Assembly (NCBI GenBank): GCA_030265395.1
Contig: JARFYF010000112.1
Span: 65,175,737-65,239,736 of the forward strand
Source of the DNA: Rhina ancylostomus
Taxonomy: Eukaryota
Length of the DNA stretch: 64,000 nucleotides
Reading direction: 5' to 3'
Positions 34,471 to 46,800 of this stretch are shown piece by piece. How positions within the stretch are numbered: the first letter of the stretch is position 1; each line of letters starts with the position of its first letter. A program made the position numbers and the translations under genes. A model generated the notes under the pieces. That model saw nothing but the letters and a program-made list of their open reading frames with translations, was not told the DNA's origin and did not search any database.

Positions 34471-36289
34471 TTCTTCATAAACGCCCTCAGATACTTGTGC
34501 TGATGGTTAATGTCCAATTCAATTCAATACTGGAAAAATAAAATTATTTTTCGTTGTCCATCTTATGAAAGGCTTGGCAAAGTTTTACACAATGTTAAAT
34601 GATGATCTTTACAGACATAGTTCTAGGCGGCCTTTGTCTTCACTATTGTAAATGCACATCCGTGTTTTTAAATACAACTGCCTCAACCAGAACATATCTG
34701 ATCAAACTTCTCCATATATTTTGTCATTAAAAATCAACGCAACCAATTAAATTGGAATTTAGCAAGGTACCCGCTGTGATAGGAGCCTTGCTATTTTATA
34801 ACTGATTTACGTTCAATTTGACCTGTTTTTAATACCGTGCATTTCTTACAGTTCACGCCCATTTAATGCTGATTTTTAATTTGCTTTCGCCAAGTGTTTG
34901 AGATGAGAAATTTTAGCTGAAAAAGAGCTGTTCTGCTCCAGTGGCGACAGATATCGTGAGGAAATGTCAGACATTAAATGTCACAGCAGATCCCCCAAAT
35001 CCAGAGTCATTTCAATATCTTATTTACTCATCAATCTCCGGTGGTGGAGCCAAAGTTGTTGACTTTCATGCGGTCTGAGACTTTGTTGATTTAACATAAA
35101 AATTTAATGGACGAGTTTCGGGTCCTCTGGCATACTCATTTCTTAAATAAATCCGCCATTTAGAAAGATAAATATTCGGCTGCTTGAAGATGACCTCCTC
35201 CCACCCGCAGACTATGGGACTCCTATCATTCCAGTCCTCACTAGGCGAGAGAGATGGTAGAGTAGCTTCCAGCAGCTGAAGAAACGCTGCTTTAACTGCA
35301 CTTTTACATCACCAGCACAGGTTTCTGGCGCTACAATTAAATCTCAATAAATCGATGCTTTAATACAGATCAAGTATGCGACCAAATCATGCTTCAGCTT
35401 TTTTTTACAGAACACACAAATGTACAAAGAGTTCAAAGAACGCCAGGCTGGGATCATCCCACTCCCGAGGACACTAGATTAACACATGATAAAGATTGCA
35501 CCGTTCCCCGCCACTCAGCAATTAATTCACATGCATTGAGCAGAAATCTGCAAAATGGCAATTGTTTAAACTAGTGATTAGTCTGATCTGAGTACCGTAG
35601 GATCGGACGGTGCCCATTCCTATCTCACAGCTGTCCTGCTTTCCATTCTCCTGATGAAAAATAATTAAAAAGNNNNNNNNNNNNNNNNNNNNNNNNNNNN
35701 NNNTTTTAACCTGTGCTGCTCAGTCAGCGAAGCCGAGTGAGAATTCTCATTTACACTTTCTGTATTTTTTTAATGTATTAAGTTTAATATTCATTGGAAT
35801 GGATGATAGCGCCGAGAATGGCTACTTTTTATTTCCTGGTATCTGATGAAATCTGCACATTGGAAGCAGGGTTTGGGCAATATGATTAGGTAGTGCATTT
35901 CTAAATTCAGCAGAACTCCAGATGACATGGTGATCTTTCACGTCTTTAGTTTCTGTGTCGGCAAGATTTACAGCCTAATCTACTGGCAGATTTAGGTTGT
36001 GGATCAATGTGCGTAAGGATTCATTATTATGCTATTACTGCCATATATTACTTTTTTTATTCAAAGTCTACCACCCAGTAACACAATTAACCATTTAAGC
36101 AGAATGTTGGGTTGAAACGCTAAGTATTACTTTATCTTCCACTTATGAAGAGATCGCCCATAAAACACAAACTGGGAATTCCCATGCCTTGTGTCCATAG
36201 ATAACAGTATGTTCATCCCTTCCACCCACTATCATTGCCATACCATGTCCTCCACTCATGACCCACCACCCCACCCCATCCCACCACCA

Positions 36290-36655
36290 CCACTTCTCAC
36301 CAGAACTAGGAAAAGTTAGCAAAGGTATGTTTTTTAAGTTGCAGAGGAGGGGGGGGAGGGGAAACAAACAAGATATCAGTGATAAAGTGGAGACTGACAC
36401 AAAACTAAATGACACAAATAGTGTTGGTGCCAGGTGAGAATGGGTGGAAAAGGCTTATTAATTTGAAGTTAAACTTTTTGGAGAGGCACAGAGAGGGAGG
36501 TGGAGAACAGAGGAGAGAGAGAAAGATATGCTGGGACTCTGAGATACAGTACACAGCAGTTGCTGGTCAATCCAAAATAAAAAAAAAGAATGCTGGAAAT
36601 GCCCAGGAGTCCAGGCAGCACCTGTGGAGAGAGAAAAGCTGAGTTAATGTCACCA
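36290..36655 (-). mobile_element. Penelope-like 3' UTR/pLTR fragments
   Basis: ATGCTGGAAATGCCCAGGAGTCCAGGCAGCACCTGTGGAGAGAGAAA and CACCAGAACT...TTTTAAGTTGCAGAG are reverse complements of the tails at 3255-3460 and 12110-12240. Confidence 0.65.
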
Positions 36656-36813
36656 CTAACTCTTTTGGAGAGTTGGTAAAGGCATTCTGGGCTCAATGGC
36701 TTCACAACATGTGAACATGATGTAACTTCTAACAGGCACCAGTCAGAAAGAAGCTGAAGAGAACATAGCATCAGCTGAATCCTGAGTCCCAAAGAGAACA
36801 TAGCATCAGCCAA

Positions 36814-36900
36814 ATCCTGATCCGAAATGTTGACCACCTGCTTTTCTCCACAGATGCTGCCTGGCCTGCTGAGTTCCTCCAGCATCATTATGTTTTTCAT
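36814..36900 (+). mobile_element. 87-bp 5'-truncated Penelope pLTR insertion with a 15-bp target-site duplication
   Basis: Closely similar to 60311-60398. Flanked by CATAGCATCAGCCAA (36799-36813) and CATGGCATCAGCCAA (36901-36915). Confidence 0.8.
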
Positions 36901-37721
36901 CATGGCATCAGCCAACTTTGATTAGCATAGGTTCTAATATTGTTTCTCTCCCACTCTGATAGAACTTGGGCAACACACACCACCCAAGTTTTGTTTTCGC
37001 ACATTATGCAAATTTATACATTATGGGTAAGCAGTGGAATTACTGGGTGTCTGGGAATGTTTGGATGACAATTTGGAGGACTGAATTCATGCATTGCTAC
37101 TTTCTTAAACATCAACTGATGCTTGAAAGTGAAGCCTCATCTTCAAGATTGCTTGCAGAAAACTTCTGCAAAATTGATGACATGCTTTAAACAAACTAAG
37201 TAAATAAACACACAGCCTTACTGTCTGAGTATCTGAAAAGTACAGCACTGGGGCTGGCGGGGAATCATGTGGATTCCCTCTGTCAAGGTTGCATATTGCT
37301 GAAGTCCATTTCAGCTGAAACATTTCTGACTCAACTAGTTTCTGCATCCCTTAGCAAAACTTTTCCCCTCTATTTCCAGCTTCTCCAAATTTTGCTCTCT
37401 GATGCCAAACATCCAGGGCAAAAGTGTCATAGGGATTAAACATTGATGTATTGTAATTATGTTTTTAGAGACTGAGAATGCAATGTACATTTCATCAGCC
37501 CTTCTAATACCATTACTGGAATCTAGTTCTGGTGAAGTTGGCATGTATCAATAATCATTTGGGTCCTACACTTCTCCACAACCTCTTAAACTATATTCCA
37601 TGAACTATATTCATGAGTCAGTGCAATACCCATAGATTTTATTCGCTATTCAAGCAGTTTTGTAAAATAACAACATATGTCGAGGGCCTGCAAAATTCAC
37701 TCCAGTATTTGAAGTCAACCA

Positions 37722-38045
37722 TGGTTGATGTAGTGGCACAGCAGGTAATACTGCTGCCTCACAGCTCCAGCAGGCCAGGTTCAATCCTGGCCATCGGTGC
37801 TGTTTATGTGGAGTTTGCACATTCTCCCTGTGAATATGTATTTCCCCCTAGTACTCCAGTTTCCTCCCACATTCCAAAGGCAAGCTAATTGATAGATTAA
37901 TTGGCTGGTGTACATTACCCCAAGTGGATGGTATGAGAAACAGGGTAGGATGCGTGAGAAAGAATGATTGGGATTGATGGGAGTGTTCTGAGAGCCAGCA
38001 TAGACTCAATAGGTGAATGGCCTCCTCCTGTGCCATAAGCAAATA
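37722..38045 (+). mobile_element. Full-length V-SINE with CR1-type tail
   Basis: A-box GTGGCACAGCAGGTAA, B-box GGTTCAATCC, V-domain GTGGAGTTTGCACATTCTCCCTGTG...TTTCCTCCCACATTCCAAAG, tail GAATGGCCTCCTCCTGTGCCATAA. Confidence 0.85.
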
Positions 38046-38119
38046 TGGCTATGTTGTTATCACCCATGCCTTGAAGGTGACTTGATTGGGGGTTGCATAG
38101 ATTTAAGCGAAATAATTGA

Positions 38120-38672
38120 GGTTAATACTCCAGTGCAGTAATGAGCAAGTGTTATGTTAATGGAGATGCTGTCTTTCCAACAAGTTGCTTAATTAAGGCT
38201 TCCTCTATCTCATGTCGATGTCAAAGATCACATGGAATTATTTTGAAGAAGAGCAGGAGAATTGTTACCAGTTTTCTGGGCAATACTTTTCCCTCAATAC
38301 ATTTCCCTCAATCAACAGATGGACATTAGCTGGTCAATACCCTTAGAGGTATGCATCTTGCCGTATGCATATTCGAGCACGGAAATGGGCCCTAATAGCT
38401 CACCATTTCCATGCTGACAATTGTACTTACCTGTATTAGTCCCATGTACCTGCATTTGGTCCATAACCTTCAGTGTCTTGGAGATTCAAGCAATTGTCTT
38501 GATGCTTCCTGAATATTGTTATGGTATATGCCTCCATCATCCCCTCAAATTTTCTGCTGCCTTTCCTAAAGTTCAACAAAGGGTACATTTCAAAAGCATT
38601 TTGTTGACTGTAAGATACTTTGAGATGTTCTGAAATCATAAAAGCTGCTTTATAAGGAAGTAAATTCTTTTG
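38120..38672 (+). mobile_element. Deu-domain SINE (SacSINE1/AmnSINE-like) split by a CR1 insertion
   Basis: ACTCCAGTGCAGTA...GGAGATGCTGTCTTTC...AAAGATCACATGG..TTATTTTGAAGAAGAGCAGG core. Resumes at about 38555 with CTGCTGCCTTTCCTA...TTTGAGATGTTCTGA. Confidence 0.7.
38372..38548 (-). mobile_element. CR1 3' end inserted into the Deu-SINE
   Basis: GCACGGAAATGGGCCC...CCATGCTGAC...CCTGCATTTGGTCCATA parallels 18738-18830. Confidence 0.7.
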
Positions 38673-39719
38673 TTCCCTAACATACTACTATTAACAGCTT
38701 TGCTAAATTATTGAAGTTAGGACTCAGTTCTACAAATCTAGATAAGATGAGGCAAAATAATGCTTGAAGCCTTACCTAAAGAAAGACAAACTTTAAAACC
38801 CAGTGGCTGAGTTCGAGACAAGAAGGTCAAAATTGCAAAAGAAAGTGATATTAATATTTTAATATCAGCAGTGCTTCATTAAAATCAGTAGGCATAATCA
38901 GTTCTGGGGTAAAGAAGATTAAACCGCACATACACCTTTTACACTTTTTAGTTACAGTTCAAACTTTGATATCATATGGTCCTTGTTGACAGCCAGCTGC
39001 TGTTTGTTCTCAGTCTTTGGGCTTCAGTGAGGACTGCAGTGGGATTGAGCACTGATAGCCTGAAGTGTGGACCTGCTTTGTCTCCTTTCATACCTGAGTT
39101 CAAGGAGATGCTTCACAACTCTTGGCCCAATCCAGTTTCAGATGCAGGTTTCACTGATCAGTTGTCCATATCCATCATGTTTTCTGATAGTCACTCACTA
39201 CTGACACAGGCTTGCACACACTGACCCCTGCATGTCTCCACTACAACTAGAGAGACTGGCAGAGCAGCAGATTAGCAGGCAAAGAGAGAGANNNNNNNNN
39301 NNNNNNNNNNNNNNNNNNNNNNNNNNNNNNNNNNNNNNNNNNNNNNNNNNNNNNNNNNNNNNNNNNNNNNNNNNNNNNNNNNNNNNNNNNNGAGAGACTG
39401 ACAGAGAAAGAGGGAGATAGTGTGTGAGGGATTGAGCAACTAATATTACAGAACTTCCAATTTTCACAGCAGTGCAATTTAGGAGGGTCTTAGTAATGAT
39501 TGTAATAATTTAAGTTGTTCTTGAAAGTTACAATGAGCCTAGTTGTAGCTGTTTCATGTATGGAATGATTAGTCAATATTCCCATTTTTTTTATCTACAC
39601 AATATTTCTCTACATATATGACATTAGTTTCCTGATGTAAATTTCCACATTTGGCATCCAATGCTTTAATAGCAGAACACTTTTAATCATAGCCATTGGC
39701 CAGTAAAATGGACTTCTTA

Positions 39720-40010
39720 ATTGCTGTACTGTCAGAGAGGTTTATTCTTGGTTGAGATGTTAAATTAAGCTTCTGCCTACCTTTTCCTCAATTGTCCAGG
39801 TAATCATAAAAGGTACCAAGACTTTAAATGAAGAAAAGCAATGAGTTCCTAATCAATAGCCCTCACTCAACAAACACCCGCTAAAATAGATAAATTGACA
39901 ATCCAATTTACTTCTGATGTGAGAGATTAGACAATAGTTAAGCGTGTTGCATTTGCCTATATCCATAACACATTTTTAAAGGTAATTAGTTCTTTGAAAT
40001 AGCTCTTGGA
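39720..40010 (+). mobile_element. Degenerate Deu-domain SINE
   Basis: GCTGTACTGTCAGAG...TGAGATGTTAAA...TGAAGAAAAGCA...CCCTCA.TCAAC similar to 38150-38320. Confidence 0.5.
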
Positions 40011-40439
40011 TTTGAAAAATTACTTGTGACAAAAATGGAAATTTTTGCAAGCATTGAATCATCTACTGGTTGCTTTATCGCTGACCACAAATTAAATCTA
40101 TGTAATATGGATTTTTGCTGAGTGCTCCTGTAAATTGCATAAATATAAATAAAATTAAATTGGTCACTTCAGATATTTTATTCATCAGAGCCTTCATTGG
40201 CACCTTTCTGTGTTTGAAATTCAATCTGGTCAAGTTGACAGCTTGTTCAATTATAGAAAGGATTTGAGAAATCTTTGTAGTTGATTGAGTTGTCATCTGC
40301 TCAGTACTGGAGGAGAAGCTGAAGTAGGACCTGAAGTATCCAGGTGTTGTAGCCCATGTGGGAACCACTGACATAGGTGGAACTAAAAATGAAGCTCTAC
40401 TGAGAGTGTATGAGCAACTGGGTTCTAAATTAACAAATA

Positions 40440-43400
40440 GACTACAAAGATAATAATCACTGTTTTATACTTGAGCCATGTTCAACTTCCTATTGATTCA
40501 GGCAGATCAAATAATTGAAAGAATGGCTCAAAGAATGGCAGAGGAGAAAGGGGTTTTAATTTATGGGGCACTGCTACTACCAGATTGGGGAAAGCACAAA
40601 TTGATCCTTTGGAACAGGTTTTACTTGAATCGGGCTGAGATCAGTGAACTAAATCACCGGGGCTACAGATAAGACATTAAGCTGAACAGTGGGAATGGGA
40701 TGGGGAGTAAGCTTGTCTGTGAGGAAACTTATTAATCTAAGATTAAAAGACAAGATAATGGCATAATGTAGGAATATGAGTAATGATGGAGCATAGCCTT
40801 TACCTATAATAACAAAGCAACAAATAAAGAACAAGTTGGGAAAACATGCAGGAAAGATCCTAAGGGTTTTTATTATCTGAATGCACAAAGCATTTGCAAC
40901 AAAACAGACGAATTAGTGATCCAAAGAGATCACAGAAACATACAATGGCTACAGCACAGAAGGAGGCCATTCAGTCTATCATGTCCAAGCTGACTCTTCA
41001 CTAGACCACTAACCATCAACCCATTGTCTGTAGCCTTGTAAACATTTCTCTAACACGTTTATCCAATTCCCCNNNNNNNNNNNNNNNNATAGGACATGCC
41101 TCCACCACATCTGCAGACAGTGCCTTCCAGATTCCAACCACCCAATGCATAAGAATGTTTTTTTTTCAGATCACCCATAATTGTCTTCCCCTTTGCTTTA
41201 TACCAGTGCTTCTAGTCCTGTATTCCTCCAACTGAACAAAAAACCTCCCACTATCTATTCTGTTTAGACCCCTCATCATTTTATATACTTTTATCAAATC
41301 TTCCTTCAGCTTTCTCTTCTTAAAAAAAGGCCCAACCACTCTAATTTATTGTGAAGTGTAATTCCAGGAACCATTCTTATAAATCCTTTCTGGGCCCCCT
41401 TTAATGTTTTCGTGTAGTTCCTATGATGTGGTGACCAGAATTGAATACAATTGTCCAGCTGAGGACAAGCCAGTGTTTTTGAAAGGTTCAGCATAACCTC
41501 CCTGTTTTTATAATCAATGCCTTTATTGCATTAAGCACAGAACTATACAGGCCTTTCTCAGCCCACCATGCTGCTTTCATTCCTCTAGATCTGTCTGCTC
41601 CACTATCCATTATGAAACAATAACCTTATTCTATATTGCCTCTCCTCATTCCTCCTATCACCTCACATTTCTCCACATTATACTTCATTTCCTATATTCT
41701 GCCATTCCACCAGCCTGTTTATACCCTGCTGCAGTAAAGTCAGGATCAAAACTCAGAAAATCAGGAAGTAGAATTAGCTTGGCTGAAGATAAGGGATGAT
41801 AAGAAGGAGAAAACATAGTATAAGAAGCTTATAGGCCCATCACAGCAGCTAGACTGTTGGGCAGAAATAATTGGGCTTTAACAAAGGTAATGGAATAATC
41901 TTTGAGGATTGTATTCTTACTATAAATCGGGCAAATCAAACTAATAAAACTAGTATTAAGGATATTCATGGAATACCTTTGAGGTAATTTTCTAGAACAA
42001 TATGTTGTGGATCCAATCAGTGATCGAGCTATTTTAGATTGATCACATATAATGAGGCAGAATAAATTAGGATCATAATATGATAAAATGTTAGATTTAG
42101 TTTTAGACTGATAAATTTAAAGCCAAAAATAGAGTCTTAAACTTAAGCAAAGGCGATTAATTAAAGATGAAATGCAAGTTATCTAAAGTAAATTGGAAAA
42201 TTAATAGATAAGCAGTTGCAGTCATTTAAAGAAAGGTTTTATAATTCTCAAAAATATATGTTCTCTTGAAAAATAAGGAGTTAATGTGAAAGGTGATTTA
42301 CCTATAGCCATATAAAGAAGCTAACAATAGTATTCTTTTAAAAGAATCTATAAGGTTGCAGAGAATAGTAGGAGGCTTGAATCCTGACAAAAAAATTAGA
42401 ATCCAGAAAAGGATAGCTAAAAAAAAATGATGAACAGAATACAGAATCCAAGACCAAATTGGCAAGAAGTATAAAAATAGAGTACAAGAGGTTCTGTAAG
42501 TCCTCAAAGGAAGTAAGCAGCAAAAGCAAATTTGTATTCCTTAGGACAGCAGAATTAATAATGGGGAATAAGAAATGGCATTGACTTTCCAATGAAAGAT
42601 ACCAAAAGCACAGCAAAAATGGTAGGTAACCATGGAGCAAAACAGGCATGAGAACTTTAATCAGGCAATATCACCAGAGTTAAAATGCTAGACAAAATAA
42701 TGGGACCAAGGCCTGACAAATCCCACGATACTGAAAGGCTGCATTCTAGGGTCCTAGATGAAATGGCTGCAAAGATATTGATCTTCCAAAATTCCACAGT
42801 TTCTGGAAAAAGATGCAGCCATCTGGAAAGTACAAAGCATAATACCCTAGAAAGAAGGAAGAAGAAAATGCAGGACTCAAAGCCAGTTAACCTAACATCG
42901 GTTATCAGGCTGGGATTAATTACCAACTTAGTGAGAACAGAGTACTTAGAAAAGCATAACACAGTTAGGCAGAGTCAATGTGGTTGGATGAAAGGGAAAC
43001 TGTGTGTAACAAACTTATAGGAGCTTTTAAGCATATAACTAGCAAACAAAGTGGACCCAATGGATATGCTGTGCTTTGACTTCTAACATACATTCAATAA
43101 CTTGCCACATAAAAAGATGATAGTACAGGGTAAGGGCTCATGATGCTCCTGAAACATATTATTTTGGATAGACATATGATTAATAGGCTCACAACAAACA
43201 GGTCATTTTCCATTTGTCAATCTGCCTCAAGGGTTACCTCAAAGATTAGGGCTGAAGTCTCTGATATTTATAATTTGTATTGATGAATTATATGAAAAAA
43301 ATTATTGCAATGTGTCTAAATTTGCCAATGATACGACGATAGGCAGTGGTGCAAGTTAAGAGAAGATCACAAAGAATCTAGAAAGAGATAAATGAAGTGG

Positions 43401-43870
43401 TAGTCTACATTGCAAAGGGATTGGAGAACAAAAGTAAGGAAAGTTTGATACAACTCTGTAGGATTTTGATGAAATCATACCTGCAGTGTGATGAGATCAC
43501 ACTTACAGTTTTGCTCTGGAGCTTTGAAGAATGAGGTGATCTCATTGAGACATAAAAGATTTTGAGAGCGGTTGACAGGCTAGATGCTGTGAGGATATTT
43601 TCCCCATGGGGAGTCAGGAATAGGAGATGATGACTGAGACTTAAGGCTGAGAAGAAGAGGAACAATATTTTTCTGAATCTTTGGAATTTTTTAGGCCAGA
43701 GAGCTGTGGGTGTCAAATCACTCAGCATATTCAAGGCTATGAATAAAGGGGAATTGAAAGCTTTGGGGATTGGGCAAGGAAACATTAAGACTGAAACTCA
43801 GATCAGTCATAATTTTATTGAAGAATAAAGTAGGTGTAGGGGGCTAAATATCCTGCTATTTTTATCTTAT
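40440..43870 (+). mobile_element. Long decayed CR1 LINE (end of ORF1, ORF2 endonuclease and RT, 3' UTR), interrupted
   Basis: YLNAQSICNKTDEL endonuclease start (40834-40913), AILDLI motif (about 42028-42045), ORF 42685..43020 KPVNLTSV...SQCGWMKGKLCVTNL, SKFANDTT (43315-43338), CR1 3' end to about 43870. Confidence 0.85.
40930..41732 (-). mobile_element. CR1 3' fragment nested in opposite orientation
   Basis: ORF 41306..41494(-) LNLSKTLACPQLDNCIQFWSPHHR...QKGFIRMVPG. Terminus ACAGCACAGAAGGAGGCCATTCAG at about 40951. Confidence 0.85.
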
Positions 43871-46800
43871 TTTCCAATAATAGTTCAATTGTGTTGCTGT
43901 GTTTAATCAACGAAGCAAATAATTTCAAACCTGCCGCCTACGGCAGATTTATGCTTCTTTGGGTTTTAGTACTGAAAATCATAATGAATCTAGTAGCACA
44001 GTAATAGATCAAGTTTTAAACATATTTTATTTCTATATATTTTTGAAGAAGCATGAATGGTATTATCAGAGCTGTAGGAGATATTACATAGCCTACCCAA
44101 ACTTTTGCTTCATTTCCAGATTGTATTCTTGAGTTGAGAGTTAGCCATAGAGTTTAAGCCACCAGAGCTTAAACTGAGCTACAAATCACCACCACACTTG
44201 GTCACCCATGAAGTTTATCACCATTTTTCCAGGACCTGTGCTAGGTTTTGTGGTGTAACGCAGGAATGTTATTTCTGTTATAATATTTACTGACACATCA
44301 GCAAGTATTGTACTGAATAAAAATGTACTAATGAATGAATGATAAATCCTATTAAATGTTAAATCAATTTATTGGTTTGTGCTCTTGCATCATTTGATGC
44401 TGAATCTCAGTCTGTTATGGGGACCATTCAATCCTCCTACAAAGGATCAGGCAGTCATCGGGAAGTATTTATGTTCCTTAAAGCTAGAATGCAGTGGCAA
44501 GATCACACTCTTTCTGCGGACATCTTGCTATATTTAGCTTCATATGTGGGAAGATAAAGAGAATTTCTGGTCAACAGGGTTTGCCATAACAGGGGAGGAG
44601 TGTTAACACTCAATGCAAGTTATGTATCTTACATATAAATTTAATAATATAGAAATGCAATTTTTTTCGTCTTTGTTTTTCTTGCAAATTCATAGGAAGA
44701 TTTGAACCTGGAGCCTGCTCTCCTGAGTTAGTAACTACAGATGTTGATTTGTCAGTCATTAAATTTGTTGAAGGATTTAAGGAATGCCAATCAGACGTAC
44801 AATTATTAGATTTTTTTCTGCTCTGAGCTTGAATGGTTGTCAATATAAGTGACCAGTAGAAGATAAGGAACACACTTATCAGGATTGGAACAGCAAAATG
44901 AATCGATGATCTGAAAAAAAATCTACCAAATGCCAAATGTACTGCTATTCAACATTGGGAACATCACACAATACTGTGCACTTAACTCGAGGCCTTGAAG
45001 CATACTGCTATGCTAATCCCAAAACGTTCAAAGATAATAGAATGGTAGTACTCTGCTAACTAGAGGTGCAATTTGTGGGTCAGATGTCGAGATAATAAAC
45101 TGACCAGGATTTGGATGGTATGGGTCAGGTAGCCACAATCACTCTCCACAGCCACTCTACCCGAAAGCTTATCTGGTCTGGCTATGGAGGGCCTATATAG
45201 CTGGCTTGGAGAATCCCAGAGTCAAGGCACTACACAATGGAGAAGCATTGTGCCAAAACACCACTGGTCGCTTTGCCTGCCAGCAGAGCCTCATTCCCAG
45301 CTCTGCCAGCTGTCAAATCTGTCAGGTGGTTAAATATTTTTGAGTATCTCTGATATTCAGAAAAATTTAAAACCTGCTCAGAATGAAAAGAATTATGTTT
45401 CAAAAATTAACTTTTAGAAAAATAATACCAATCAGAATATCTTAAATTTACTATCAAATACTCAATACATTAAACAAAATGCAAATGATTAGAAGAGTAC
45501 TTGATTCAACTATATTGAAATCAAAAATTGATATCAGGATCTGAGAATTGATTACCCCGTGTAAATGCTGAGGGTCTTCATTGAGATGGTGTTTCTCTGC
45601 TGCCATGTAATTGTGAATATTTAGGTTCATATTTGCCTGCACAAGGGTGGAAATCCCAGACTTTCTGCCATATAATCAGATAGATGCCAGTGGTTCCATT
45701 CATAACTGTTGGTATTTGCTAACAAAATATGGTCAATGTGCAAATGAAGTTTTATCAATGATTATTTGAATAGAGTAAAATGGTTTCATGTTGTACTCTC
45801 TCAAGACTAGCTTTAGTTTTGTTTATCTGCTGCAGATATTCTGCCTGTGATGCTGATTTTGGTGGCACTGCAGCTTCAAGTCAAATGATTATAATCAATT
45901 TAGAAAAAAATCATTTATGAAAGTTTGCAGTTTTCATTTTATTATTGAGTTGAAAATTTACTTCAGGTAAATTTATTTCAAATATAGCTCAAAATCTTGT
46001 CTACGACCTATAGACACCAAGCAAATTAATACCAATATTCTTCAAGATGAAAATACGCTTCAGAATAAGCATGGCCTGACCCTTCCTTCTTATCACTTGC
46101 CTTGTGTCATTGTTGGTTAGCCAGTAGTTAGGTCAACATATCCAAAGCCTTATAATACTATATTCAGCTTTTGAAGCTAACTTATGGGTCTGTTTGCTGT
46201 CTGACAAATGTTTAGGAAACAGTAAGCAAACTTATGCCTTGGGAAGGGATTTACACTGTGGTACATTGCCTGGCTTTCATTCTCAGAGTTGCTTGAAGGG
46301 TTGGATTTGACTTTCCCATATCAAAGGAGGTGACATGGTGGCACAGATTAATATAATGTCATCAGTGACAACTTCTCTATGAATAATTTGCCTCTCTTAA
46401 AGAATGTAGCAAATTATTTGGAAGTATAATATTGATGAAAGAGTAGAATGCTAGTCTGTGCTAATCCAAATAGCATAGCACCAGCCTGACAAATGTTCCG
46501 TCCCCACTATCAGTTAACTAGCATGGGACAAGTTAGTGAGCCGTATGTCAGTCAGAGCACACAGTTTCTTCCAGTCTGCCCCCATTAAGCATTCTACCAA
46601 TAGAAGGACAGTCCTGGGTTGACTGGCAAAACTCTTCACATTGTGGGATCTTACCGACCATAAGATTACGCCTTCATCTCTTCTAGCAATCCCAGTGTGT
46701 TGATTCAGATCAGCACTACTCGGATCATCAGTAGCACAAGGGCCAGAAGATCCTGCTGAGTTCAGTGGAGAACTCAGCACTACTGCAGAAGCCTGTTGGG

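Noticed and set aside
37722-37800. Possible tRNA genes (A/B boxes here and at 62818)
   Set aside because: No complete cloverleaf. They continue into V-domain sequence, so they are SINE heads.
46754-46779. 10-bp inverted repeat TGCTGAGTTC/GAACTCAGCA
   Set aside because: Short and isolated, with no supporting context; plausible by chance.
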